A stretch of 64,000 nucleotides of DNA from the human T2T-CHM13v2.0 reference genome, Homo sapiens: the NCBI RefSeq assembly GCF_009914755.1, contig NC_060932.1; one strand, 5' to 3'. Numbering within the stretch: the stretch's first letter is position 1; the number at the start of each line of letters is the position of its first letter. Below are positions 1-25,200 of this stretch, one piece after another. The notes under the pieces were generated by a model. It did not search any database. It was not told the DNA's origin and saw only the letters and a program-made list of their open reading frames with translations. A program made the translations under genes and the position numbers.

Positions 1-1960
<1,960 letters not shown>

Positions 1961-2139
1961 GATCACATGGGGCCATATGACTTGCTCTGGCCAGAGAAAC
2001 ATGAAGGAAGTCATAGACATCTCTTCTAGATAGGCGCTTGAAGAGCCAGTGTAGGATTTGCTACATTGTCCTCCCACCGCCGCTTCTGCTGTGATGAAGC
2101 GTTGGGCATCAGTGTGAACAAGAAAGGGATTGTTGTTGG

Positions 2140-3180
2140 GGTAAGCCATGAGGTTTTGGAGCTGTTTGTTAATGTATTACAGTCTAATGAGAAGGTTCTT
2201 GCCCTCAGGACAAACTCCTTGCCTTCATGGAGCTTACATTCTAGTGCAAGTGGGGCAGACAAATACACGTAATGTCAGGTGGAGATTAGTGTAATGAAGA
2301 AAAGCAGGATCCGAGGCTCCAGCACCTTTTAGCTTTAGATAACGGTTTTTGTGGAAGGCCTCCTTAAATGAGGCAGCAGTTGGCCTGAGAGCTGAATGAA
2401 GTGAGGGAGGAGCCATGAGGTGTCTGGGTAAGGAAGGGTCTTCCAGGTACAGGAACAGCTATGCACAGCCCTAAGACAGGAACTCCAGACTCTCCTGGAC
2501 ATGGAGGGTGTGACAAAGCTGTCCTCCAAGTGAAAAGAGAAGGGCACATTCAGCCAGTGACTTCTGTGGTTTAAGCCAGGGCTGGGCTAGAGAGGGCCGC
2601 TGCTGTGTGTTAGGCAGAAGATGACTAGTTGGCCATGGCCTGGCCAGACCGCTCCGATGCCAGCGTCCTTCAGCTCCTGGGATTTCGAGCGATGGGGCAG
2701 GGGGCAAAGAGGAAAGAGGGAGTACCTGAATGTCCTGACATTCTGGCATAGGGGCTTTCTTTGAGAAAAATCATTTGACTGAACTTGAGTTTGTGAGATA
2801 GCTCATGACCATTACTTTCCTGAGTTATTCTCCACCTTCAAACTCACCAACAGCTTCTACTGTACTTAGGAAGAAGCCTGCACTCAACTCTGCTATCTAG
2901 TTCACCTCCTCTCTCCCCTCTCCCCTTAGAGAACCCTGCTCCAGTTGCCCCAGGTTTCTTTCAGTTCCTTCACAAAGTGACACTTTCTCTGCGCTGTTGG
3001 AAAGGCTGTTCCTTCTCCTGAGAACACTCTTCCTGCTTTCTCCTGGCTAACATCTCTCAGGGCTCAACTTAAATGACAGTCCTCCTGGAAGCCTTCCCAG
3101 ACAAGCCTGGGTGCTTCTGTCAAATGCCACCTTAGCATTTTGTCCTTCTCCTAATAGCACTAATCACATTGTCTTGTAGC
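2140..3180. mobile_element. L2 fragments
   Basis: CCTTGCCTTCATGGAGCTTACATTCTAG and downstream motifs typical of L2 3' regions; boundaries approximate. Confidence 0.55.
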
Positions 3181-4066
3181 TTTAAAAAATTATCAAATAA
3201 TTCAGACACCCAAAGAAGTATAAAAAATAATACAAAATGCACCGTATCACCCAACTTAAGCAATGAAACACTGCCAGTGAAGTCCTTAAGGTTCTCCTCC
3301 CTTCCTGCTCTCAACCCTTACCGGAATTTAATGTTTATCTTTCTGAGACAGCCAGGTGGGAAGGGGTCCCCAGAGAAACTCCAACTGGCCTGCACACTGG
3401 TGTGCTTTGCATGTCTGTGTGGTTTGTAGGTAACTTCACTGCAGGCCTCCATCTTGTTTTACAATCTGGGGGCATGGCCTGTAACTCCCTGGTAAGGCTT
3501 TGTTTAGCAATCCTGCCTTAGGGAGTGAGTCCCTTTCTAGTTCGATAGCTGCATGTTTTCCTAGCCCTGTCTCTTAAAGGATCCCACCCAGTGACTGAGG
3601 TTTCTTCTGCCTGCCTGTGTAACTATATATATATGTTGTGTATGATGTCTGTAAAAAGAGCTCTAATTAATCTGGCCTAAAGAAAGACAAGCGCTTAGAT
3701 CAAATTTTTTTTAAAGAGAAGATAAAAGCTGTGGTACCTTTCAGTTTATGTGACTTTAATCTTTGAGAAATAAAAACAGCTTTAAAGATTATTGGTAAAA
3801 AGCAGATGCCATCAAAATGTAAATAGGCGGACTAAATTATGCAGGCCAGATGCAAGGTTTGCTAAGTGTTTTAAGGTTATAAACTGCTTTTTGGGTTTTG
3901 AGAACTATTTGTCTTGATGGCTTCACAATTATTAAGACCTGGGAACATATGGAACTAACCACACCCTTAATTATGCTAGGAGTCAAACCTTGGCTGCATC
4001 TGGCACACAAAACAGCTTACCAAGTTTTACATTAAAATTAAAAATTGCTAGGAGTTACTGTTTTAA

Positions 4067-4444
<378 letters not shown>

Positions 4445-7400
4445 TAAGAAGGCATGGAAATGTAAATTTTTGCCTAGGGTTAAAGGATTGTTTTAAATTA
4501 GGATGAAGTTGCAGGTTCAAACAAGTGGTGGAAGCATTGTGGAAATTAATCTTGCAAAGGGGTTTTCTATGTGAACATATTGACTAAATTTCAAAGGGTA
4601 TTATATGATTTTTCTGTAAATTGAGCATTGAAATAAAAGCACAACAAGGTATTCTTAAGGCACTGATCTGCTCTTCAGCAAAATTTGTAAGGGGTTATAA
4701 AAGATTTTTGCTTCTTTAAAATTTCTGAGTCATCATTTTGGCAAAATAAATAACTTATGGTAATCTGGAATTCTGTTTCATAACATCAAGTGCTTTAAAC
4801 CTCGAACATATTTAACAGCCTTCCCAAATCAAACTTCAGTTTCAAAATTGTCTTTCCTGATGTTTGGCTTTTTGGACCGTTTGGAGTGCCCCTGAAATAT
4901 CCAAGAAATAGGTAAACAGGATCATTTGACATGTTTAGGTACATGGGATTGCCAAAATGATGTTCAGTTTTCTTTAGGTTATATTTTTGTGAATAATGCT
5001 AATGTATGTTCCAAAATTATATGGGATTTCTAAAACTCTAATGTCTAAGTATATGCTATCAACCATAATTAAGGTTGTTAAGTTATTGTAAACCACAGAG
5101 ATAGCCAAACTTCTTTGTCAATTGTGTTTCTAACTGCAACTAACCTGGACATTTGGCTAGTCACAGACAATTGTTGTCTTGTTTTAATCATTTTCAAAAG
5201 ATGGTTTATAATAAGCAATAGGACTCTGGCAGGTACTCTCAAATACAGGTTTCTGATAACTTTGGAGATTGTCACATTGGAATAAAGGCAAATGTACAGG
5301 ATTCATAAAGAGCTGAAGTGTTCACGAATATCAAGCAAAACAAGAACTAAATGGACTGAACTCAAAGCTGAAGCAAACTTTTTGACTTTTGCTGGGAATA
5401 TTGTTGATCCTTGTTTTGTTTTTCAGAGTCAGGGAAACTTATTTTAAACTATTTATGGTCTTTAATAATTGACTGAGGTATACTCCTGTGGACAAGATTT
5501 GGAGCATGCTTGTTTCTCTTTGCCTGGTTCCTTTTTTTTTGTGGACAGACTGTTACTCTTTCGCCCAGGCTGGACTACAGTGGAGGGATCTTGGCCCACT
5601 GCAACCTCCGCTTCCCTGGCTCAAGCGATTCTCCTGCCACAGCCTCCTGAGTAGCTGGGACTACAGGCGCGGGCCACCATGCCCAGGTAGTTTTTGTATT
5701 TTTAGTACAGATGGGGTTTCACTATGTTGTCCAGCCTGGTCTCGAACTCCTGACCTCAAGTGATCTGCCTGCCTTGGCCTTCCAAAGTATTGGGATTAGC
5801 TGTGAGCCACTGCGCCCGGCCTGGTTCCTCTAGAATCTGGAAACTATCTGTGAGTATTTTTAACTTGTGGCAATATAGTTGTCTGGATCGGTGTGATAGG
5901 AATCCATTTATCTTTTGTTAACAAGACGCAATTGGAAAAACTGGTTATTTTCCCGAGGCTTTCACTGGAAGGCTATGCTTCTGTTTAAAGAATCAATCTC
6001 GACTTGCAGGGCCAATAAAAGCCCAGTGGGGAAGTTGGCCTCATACTCTTGTCTACACAGTCCCTGTACAGGGTTCCTGACCTGTGGTCAGTAAAGAATG
6101 TCACTTGCTAACAGGTCCAGGAGCTCCAAGTTTATCCTGGGACCTTAAGAGGAGAGGATCACCCAACCCAAGGTGTATCATGGGAACTTAAGAGGAGAGG
6201 ATTAGCCCAGTTCATGGCTGGGCTTGGCTTTATCTTATCTGAGATTCCTTGTGGAACAGAGTTCCATCAAAGCCAGTCCAAAAGGCCTTTGTAGAAATAA
6301 TTATTCTTGCTGCACTTTATGTAAATAATCAGGCCAAGTATAAGACTGAAGTCTATTTTGCAAACAACTGAGTCCTATCATAATTTCTTTTCTTTTCTTT
6401 CTTTTCTTTTTTTTTTTTTTAACAAAAACGAGGCCTGGAGAAAAATTATGTTCCAAAACTTACCATAATTTGTCATTCAATTCTAAACTCAGTTGTTTTT
6501 AAATTTTTGCCTGCATTTTTAGACTGACCCTGCTTGTGAACCAACCAGCAATCTCCAGCTGCAGCTCAGAAAGAACAAGAGGGATGGGTAATGTAAAAAA
6601 ATCTGGATTAGTATTCTAGTTATGAGCAATTATCCTGCAAATTCTGCTAGGCAATGGGAATAAATAGGGTGCCCATCATCCAGAGGTTTCCTTTTGGGAA
6701 AGTAAGACCAAGGGAGCTAACCAAAGCCAAGCACCATGCACCCAAATCCTACCAAACATAACTGTAGCCACCAGTTATCTGGGTGTGTCACAAGACATCC
6801 TTTTCTCTCCCTTGTTGGAGGACTCAGTTCCACAGTTTTTCCTTAGCATTTGGCTTACGAGAAGGAGTCCATGCAACCCCTCAACCCCTGAGCATAAGTG
6901 AGGTCTAGGGAACTCCAAGACTACTGACAGCAGGGGTGATAGGGCATTCATGGGTAGAGGAGATAATTCCCACCCTCTAGACCCCTGCTTCATGGATGCA
7001 AGCCATTTTGGCACCCATGGTAGCACTTTCGAAGGTTGCATGGGGATGCAAGGATGGAAGAGGACGCTATTCCTTCTATCCCTCACGTACCCCAGGTATT
7101 TGCTAGGAAAAGAACCAGGGATGCCTGCTCCCCTCTTTCTATGTGGGTAGCCATTTATCTTCAGTCTGCACCACTTTCAAATGCATCTGGAACCCTTCGG
7201 ATTCCTTTGAAAAAATGCCTTCTTTTTTCCTTTCTCCTCCTCGGTTCACAATGACAATCCTAATTGTGTCTCCATACTATGGGACACTCCCCTCAGATGC
7301 ATTTTCCAAACTGGAAAGAGTTAATTTCCTAAACCTTAAACTGGCTGGCTTAGGATTGGTTTCAGGGGAAGGGAACCCAGAAGCCCAACATGCCAGCAAA

Positions 7401-7500
7401 AGGGTAAAGTTGTTTACCATTCGGACTTTTGGCCCCCTTCTCCGTGTACAAATTGGTAAAAAGCCTCAGGATTTTTGAGCTGTCCTTATCCCTCCCCTTG

Positions 7501-7990
<490 letters not shown>

Positions 7991-8226
7991 ATATGTGTTT
8001 AATAACCCAGTTTGTCTCTTCTTGCCTTCAGGACATCAAACGGTCATGCTACTGGAAGCTCGGACCATGGCCCCTTCTGCTGGGCACCCTTAGATAGGCC
8101 TCTGAGGGAGATCTGATTGCCATTTTCCCGAAACAGTGCCCCCTATCAGCAGGAAGCAGTTAAGATCTGTCTTTGTCCCTATTCTTATCCTAGTGGCAGT
8201 TAGATAGACTTCTTTAGAGCGAGGAA

Positions 8227-8553
8227 TGAGCCAGATGGGAAGGGTTCCCTGGTAAAACTCCAACTGGCCTGTGCACTGCTCTGGGGTGGAGCCACAGAAG
8301 TTCGCTCCTCAGTTTGCAGCTGGGAGGAGCCTGGCCCTCCTCTTCCTCGGGAGAACCTGGGATTTAATCTGTGAGGTGGGAAGCCTACAACTAGGAGAAC
8401 TCTGGCTCTGCTGAGTCCCTGTTCCCCTTTTTCTTCCTTTACACCCAATAAAACCCTGCCTTACCCTTCAAATTGTCTGCGAGCCTAATCTTTCCTGGCG
8501 TGTGACAAGGACCTCCACCGTCTTTAGCTGAACTAAGGAAAAGTCCCGCAACA
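8227..8553 (+). mobile_element. Complete 3' LTR (MER61-like)
   Basis: TG...CA termini, AATAAA at 8447-8452, ends GCTGAACTAAGGAAAAGTCCCGCAACA. Confidence 0.8.
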
Positions 8554-8899
8554 TTTTCATGTGTGCCTTTGTATTTTTATTACATATATGGATGTCCCTA
8601 AACAACATACATTATTGTTTTGCTTTATATATTAAAAAGGCATTCTGCAATTTGCATTTTCCCCAGCCTTGTCTTTTGAGATTTATCCATGTGGATGCGG
8701 GAAGCTGTAGAGCACTTCCCCTGCTGTGGGGCAGTTTGTTTTCTCGCTGGCGGACATTCAGCTTGTTGACAAGGTTTTGCAATTACAAGCACCTCTGCTA
8801 TAGGTATTACTGTACCTGTCCCTTATACCTGCGATAGTGTCTCCCGGCATACAGCCAAGAATGGGTGTGCACACTCCTCGACCTGCTCCCTTCCACTTC

Positions 8900-10500
<1,601 letters not shown>

Positions 10501-11502
10501 TAGGAGGGACGGTGGGAGTCACCTGTCTTTCCCCTCTCGCGCCCTTTTCTTGGTCAGAATACGAAGTTTTAGTGTCTGTGTATGGAGTTCAAACGACCCC
10601 TCCTCTCCAAGCAGAAGCTGGAGGAGAAAGGCGTTGTGAATTTTGGAAAAGCGGCTCAGAGGATTACATTTTGTGCGATCCTTGATCCACCCAACCTTCA
10701 TCTCCTGCGCTCCCCTCCTTTAAAATTGCAAGGACCCCGGGGAGGTTATGTAATCTGCCTGATCACAATTTGTCAGGGACTGATCCCGCCGAACACTCTT
10801 TGCATTTTAGCGCCAGTATTAGCTTATCAAAGGGCACTTACTTTTAGAGAGAGGTGGTTTGTAAATAGTAATCACACGTAGTGAGGGGAAGCCGCGTTGG
10901 GACCGCAAGGCTTTCCCTGTCACCTGGAGCCCATGTTTGGGCCGCACAGCTTTCCTACTAAAAACGTCATCATCTTCCTTCTTTTTGAAAATTCAGCATT
11001 TGCTTGAAGAAAAAAAAAAGTAGACTATGTCTTTAAAAATATGCCCAGCAAAGATAACTCACGAGCAGAGAGCTAGACCAGAAATTAAATATTTGGAAAG
11101 GAAATAAAGGTGTAATACACAAGCAGCACATTTATCCCCGCACCATTGGAAGGTGACTTTATTTGGTAATTTGCCCACCAAGACGAGGTAGACCAGAGGA
11201 GAGAGAAGGAAATAATTGTTCTTTTGTCTGTAACGCTCTGGGGGTATTGCCCTGGAATTTCTTAGGTCAGCTGCTGTGTGGGAAGGTGACAGCTTTTTCT
11301 TGAAGCTGAACATCAAGCTCAGTTTCGAGGTCATATTTGATGACTTATTTGATGGCTTAGTAATTGGGTCCTTTGGTCGTGTCTGTAAGTGATACAGACT
11401 GTTATTATTATTTTTAAAAACCACATTCAAATAATGCAAAGTGAAAAAAAAAGGTGTCAAAATCCGCTGGCGTTACTCTGACAGTCTCTAGCTGTGGTTC
11501 CC

Positions 11503-11705
11503 TAGCTGTGGTCTTCACCCTCGGCTGCACACTCGAATCCCTTTGGGAGGTTCGTTGTTTTTTGTGGGAAATTAAAAAAATCATGCTGATTGGGCAGAGA
11601 TTCTGATTTAATTGGTCTGGAATGGGGCCAGGGCATTGGTAACTTTTGTAGTTTTTTTAGAGCTTCCTCAGGTAATTTTGACATTCAATGAAGACTGAGC
11701 CCCTC
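11503..11705. mobile_element. MER5-like hAT MITE
   Basis: CAGAGATTCTGATTTAATTGGTCTGGAATGGGGCCAGGGCATTGG core. Confidence 0.6.
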
Positions 11706-12393
11706 TGCACATTCCCAAATAGCATAGTTAGTAACAATGACAATGAAGAGCTTTCAGCCTAAAATTCGTGTGGATAATCTAAGTATAAAACAAGTACCTT
11801 ATTCCGCCCACCACCAAAGGCTTAGAGAAACATGAGTACACACAGTACTTATTCCATCTACGAAGGGATGATGATGTGTGGAGAAATTACGAAGGAAAAG
11901 CTCATGGCTTCATGGTCTCTTGGGTATGATCAAGTGTAGGAAAAAGTCTACAGAGAGTGACTAGAAATGTGAAAATGGAAGCCATTAAAACTGAAGAAGG
12001 GAAATGAAAAAGAACTATTTTAAAACGATGACAAATTGACAAAGGATTTAATATTTTTGTCTTTAATGTAGAGAAGTTATGCAAATACCTCAGAAGGTGT
12101 CAGGGATTAAATAAAGGTGGTTAAATAAATAAATGATTCAGGAATTAATATGAAAGTCACATACTGATGGTAAACATTTGGAAAACATGTTCAAACTTGT
12201 TAATCACAAATTCAAAACTAAAATAATTAGGACGTGCCATTTTCTATCCACCAGGCTAACATATGAGGGAAACATGGAAAGGCTAATCTGGCTGGGCTTA
12301 TAGGGAGGGATCTGTTGAGGCTCAGGAGACTGGTTAGCCGTTATGTGCACAGTTAGACTGACCTCAGCTTAAATCCTGGCTGCTAGTAGGTGA

Positions 12394-14804
<2,411 letters not shown>

Positions 14805-15656
14805 TTACCTTCCTCATTGTGTTATTAAGTAGTTCCCCATTTTTTTCTTTTGGGTAAATTTACTCAGAGGATAAATTAACTTCTCTTTTATATAATATCA
14901 TATAAATGGCCCAGTTGGTTGACATGAACCACTCTGCTTTGACTTTTAGACAAGAGCAGTTCACTTTATTTTTCCTACCAAATTGGCACACGTGATTTTA
15001 GAATGTGCGTCATCTTTCTGTCATCCTCAGCACATCATCTAGTGAACTGGTGAGCTGTGTGAGTTTCTGGATTGGGGCATGCTCCCAATCCAGGATTCAC
15101 TGCTCCCAATCCAGGAGCAGTGAGTTTCTCTGCCCTTCAGACTGAGGCTTGTCTTAAAACTGTCTGCTTACCCCTCTCCGATCTGCCATGGAAATTAGGA
15201 TATTCCAAACTCCAAAACAAAGTGATAGAAAGCAGCACTTCTCAAACTTTCAAGACACGTGCACCCCGCCCCTGGGCCTCGCTAACCTGTCTGACTCAAG
15301 CAGGTTCTGCATTTCTAACAAGCTGCCTGGCTACAATCGCAGCTCAGTAACGTGGTAGGGGAGAAAGCTTGAACTTTAGAGTAATACAAATTGGGTTCAT
15401 ATCAATTATTTCATTGAAAAACCGTGGTCACAGGCAGTTATCTAATTCTTGAGAGGCTTAATTTATTCATCTGTAAAGTGGGGAAAATACCTAGCTCATA
15501 AGATTGTCATTATTATAGGGAAACTACTAAATTCAGTACATGTCACATCTTAGCACTCGATGAATATAAGTTCCTTACACGATCCTTTGATGCACTAGAT
15601 TTGAGTGGTGTTGACTGAATCCTCTTGTAGTAGAGACATCTGTGCAAAAGGAGACC

Positions 15657-15717
15657 TGTGTGTGTGCACATGCATGCATGTGTGTGTGTGCACATGCATG
15701 CATGCACGCACATATAT
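15657..15717. repeat. Alternating purine-pyrimidine tract with a perfect 24-bp tandem duplication
   Basis: TGTGTGTGTGCACATGCATGCATG at 15657-15680 and again at 15681-15704. Confidence 0.95.
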
Positions 15718-15870
15718 CTGCGCATACACAAAGTAATGTGTGAGAGACCCCAGAAATCCCAGAGTGTAAGCTTTTGAGAAGCACTACTGGAAGCAACTGT
15801 TCACACGAATGTACTTTGTCTCTAACACATCTTTCGGGTGCCTTTTTTTTTTTTTTTTAACTTTTCCTAA

Positions 15871-16041
<171 letters not shown>

Positions 16042-16486
16042 TGATATGATCCTTAATGCTCTCATGTCTAAAGCCCTTCACAAGTTAATTTCAGTTTTGC
16101 AGCTAAAGAAACAAAGAAGCTATATAAAGAGTCGGAAGAAATACAGTCAGGGGAGGATGCCTAGGAATGCACAGCATCTATTTTTATCTTTTCATCTACT
16201 CATCCTTTAAAAAGCCAGTTCTCAGGGATGAACAACCTTGATAGACTATGTTTTATTTTCCTCCTCTCTAGTGCATAACCCTCTTGCTGGACCAGAGAAG
16301 GAAGGAGTGAGACACCAGGGTATTCTCCAGGGGCCAGCAGAGTGGTGCAAGTTGAGGGAGTGGCAGTTATTCCAGGGCCCTGCCTCCCTGATGATAACAA
16401 ATGCATTTTCTCTGAAGGTTTTACTCCTATTCTAGACCTTGTTGCTTTTTAAGGACAAGGCTATTCTTTCATGTAAAATAAAATAT

Positions 16487-16885
16487 TCTACTATGCAACC
16501 ATAAAAAAAGAATGAAATCATGTCCTTTGCAGCAACATGGATGCAGTTGGAGGCCAATATCCTAAGTAAATTAACACAGGAATAGAAAGCCAAATACTGC
16601 ATGTTCTCACTTCTAAGTGGAGCTAAGCATTGGGTACTTATGAACATAAAGGTGGGAACAGGAGACACTAGGGACTATTTGGGCTGCAGTACCCAAGCAG
16701 TACTGAAAAACTTGGGTACTAGAGCTGAGTAGTACCTATAGGGCTGAAAAATTACCTACTAGGTACTGTGCTCACCACCTGGGAGACAGGATCATTCATG
16801 CCCCAAACTTCAGCATCATACAGTATACCCATGTAACAAACCTGCACATGTGCCCCTGAATCTAAAATAAAAATTGAAATGATAA
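16487..16885 (+). mobile_element. L1 3' end fragment (L1PB-like)
   Basis: AAAAGAATGAAATCATGTCCTTTGCAGCAACATGGATG...CCCCTGAATCTAAAATAAAA. Confidence 0.8.
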
Positions 16886-16894
16886 AATGTTTTT

Positions 16895-21687
<4,793 letters not shown>

Positions 21688-22292
21688 TGAAAATGATACA
21701 TTTAAATGAGAAAAATAAAGGTTAAGTGGAGAGATAGCCAATAACCATTGATATCAAGACTAAACAGGAAAAATATCAGTGTTTCCCAAGTTAATTAATA
21801 TACTTAATTTCTATTAATATGTAAATAGAATTCATTATATAGTCTACATAAATAATTTCAAAATTCATATGAAAAAGTAAATGAGTCAGAGGATCAAAAG
21901 ACGGCCCAAATTGGTCTGAGTATTGTGGGTTATTGTTAAGCTGATTTAATATTGTCTCCCCCGACAACCATGCTTGACTAGCTTAAAAGAAAAAAAAAAA
22001 GGCCCAAAAGGAGATTGGGCAATGTGGAGACTTGCTGTATTAGATAAGATATATTGTGAGGCCATAATCGTTTATGTAGCCAAAAAAGAGAAATGAAGAC
22101 TAACAGACCAATGTAAGTGTGAGAAGTAGAATCTAATTTATGTAAGAACCTAGAGTATTATAACTAAGACCATGGGGAAAGGTATTTAAAATTACTGTAT
22201 ACCATGTATCAAGTACTCCAAGAGGATTCAAGTTAAAAAGTAAACCCACAAACTAAAAAAAATTTTAAAAGGCAGAATACATTTTTAAAAAG

Positions 22293-25200
22293 TTTTTTTT
22301 TTAATTGACATAATAATGGTACATATTTATGGGGTACAGTATCTCGAACTGCTGAGCTCAAGTGATCCGCCCACCTCGGCCTCCCAAAGTGCTAGGATTA
22401 CAGGTGTGAGCCACCGTGCCCAGCCAATGTACACGTTGGGTAATGATCAAGTTAGGGTAGTTAACATTTCCATCACCAAAACACTTGTCATTTCTTTGTG
22501 GTGCGATGGTTCAAAATCATCTCTTCATCTATTTTGCAATATACATTACATTATTGTTAACTATAGTCACCCTACTGTGCCATGTGTCACCAGAACTGAT
22601 CCCATTGTAACTGTGACTTTTACACCTGTTGATCAACCTCCATATCTCCTCTTTCCTACTAACCTCTATTTACTCTCTACTTCTATGAGGTCACATTTTT
22701 AGCTTTTACATACGAGTGAGATCATGTGGTATTTGTCTTTCTGTGTCTGGCTTATTTCACTTAACATAATGTCCATTAGGCTTATCCATGTTGCTGCAAA
22801 TGAGAGGATTTTATTCTTTTTTATGGCTGAATAGTATTCCTCTGTGCATATATTGCACATTTCTTTGTCCATTCATCGGTTGATGGATAGTTAGGTTGAT
22901 TCCATATCTTGGCTATTATGAATAGTGCTGTATTAAACATGGGAGTACAAGTATCTCTTTGACAAACTGATTTTCTTTTCTTTTCTTTTTTTTCTTGAAG
23001 GATGAAAATGAGATTGATCTTTATTGTAGAATCCAGGCCAGGGGGCTGCTTTGAAGGCAAGAATTTCATGCTAGAAATTCCTTATTAGCCACACAAACTT
23101 CTTGTAGCAAGATAGACTTGTATTACTTTTTTTTTCTTTATTATACTTTCAGTTTTAGGGTACATGTGCACAATGTGCAGGTTTGTTACATATGTATACA
23201 TGTGCCATGTTGGTGTGCTGCACCCATTAACTCATCATTTAACATTAGGTATATCTCCTAATGCTATCCCTCCCCCCTCCCCCCACCGCACAGCAGGTCC
23301 TGGTGTGTGATGTTCCCCTTCCTGTGTCCATGTGTTCTCATTGTTCAATTCCCACATATGAGTGAGAGCACGCGGTGTTTGGTTTTTTGTCCTTGCGATA
23401 GTTTGCTGAGAATGATGGTTTCCAGCTTCATCCATGTCCCTACAAAGGACATGAACTCATCCTTTTTTATCGCTGCCTAGTATTCCATGGTGTATATGTG
23501 CCACATTTTCTTAATCCAGTCTATCATTGTTGGACATTTGGGTTGGTTCCAAGTCTTTGCTATTGTGAATAGTGCCGCAATAAACATATGTGTGCATGTG
23601 TCTTTATAGCAGCATGATTTATATTCCTTTGGGTAATCCAGTAAAGGGATGGCTGGGTCAAATGGTATTTCTAGTTCTAGATCCCTGAGGAATCGCCACA
23701 CCGACTTCCACAGTGGTTGAACTAGTTTACAGTCCTCCCAACAGTGTAAAAGTGTTCCTATTTCTCCACATCCTCTCCAGCACCTGTTGTTTCCTGACTT
23801 TTTAATGATCGCCATTCTAACTGGTGTAAGATGGTATCTCATTGTGGTTTTGATTTGCATTTCTCTGATGGCCAGTGATGATGAGCATTTTTTCATGTGT
23901 TTGTGGGCTGCATAATTGTCTTCTTTTGAGAAGTGTCTGTTCATATCCTTCGCCCACTTGTTGATGGGGTTGTTTGTTTTTTTCTTGTAAATTTGACAAA
24001 CTGATTTTCTTTCTTTTGGATCTATACCCAGTAGTGGGATTGTTGGATCATGTGGTAGTTCTATTTTAATTTTTAGGAACCTTCATATTGTTTCCCACAA
24101 TGGCTGTACTAATTTATATTCCCAACAACAGTGTGTAAGAGTGCCCCTTTCTCCACATCCTTGCCAGCATGCATTATTTTTTGTCTTTTTGATAGTAGCC
24201 AATCTAAATAACTGAGTTGAGGTGATATCTTATTGTGGTTTTGATTTACATTTCCCTGATTATTAGTGATGTGCATTTTTTCACATACCTGTTGGGATTT
24301 TTATATCTTCTTTTTTTCCCCTGATACATAATAGTTGTATATGTCTTTTGAGAAATACCTATTTTGATTTATTGCCCATTTAAAAAATGAGCCTTTTTTT
24401 TGCTATTGAGGTGTTTGAGTTCCTTATATATTCTGTCAGATGGTAGTGTGTGAATATTTTCTCCCATTCTATAGCTTGTTTCTTCACTCTGTGGATTGCT
24501 TCTTTCACTGTGCATAGGCTTTTTTACTTTAGTATAATCCCATTTGTCTAGATTTGCTTCTGTTACCTATGCACCAGTGTCATGCAATGTTTCCCCCATG
24601 CTTACTTCTAGTAGTTTCATAGTTTCAGGTCTTACATTTAAGCTGTTAATCCATTTTGAGTTGGTTTGTGAAAGATATGAGAGATAGGGGTCTAGTTTCA
24701 TTCTTCTACATGTAAATATCCAGTTTCCCAGCACTATTTATTGAAGAGACTGTCCTTTCCTCAATGTGTGTCCTTTTTTTTTTCTTTTTTTAAGATGGAG
24801 TTGTGCTCTTTTTGCCCAGGCTGGAGTGCAATGGCACATCTCTGCTTACTGCAGCCTCTGTCTTCCGGGTTCAAGTGATTCTCCCATCTCAGCCTCCTGA
24901 GTAGCTGGGATTATAGACACCCACTACCATGCCCGGCTAATTTTGTATTTTTAGTAGATATGGGGTTTCACCATGTTGGCCAGGCTGGTCTCGAATTCCT
25001 GACCTCAGGTGATCTGCCAGCCTCGGCCTCCCAAAGTGCTGGGATTACAGGCATGAGCCACTGTGCCCAGTCACCTACTTTTTTGATGTAGGCATTTATT
25101 GCCATAAACTTCTCTCTTAGAACTGGTTTTGCTGTATTCCATAGGTTTTGGAATGTTGTGCTTCCATTTTCATATGGAAACAACATTTTTAGTTTTAAAT

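Noticed and set aside
8227-8553. p53 response element, as known for some MER61 subfamilies
   Set aside because: I see no tandem RRRCWWGYYY in this LTR.
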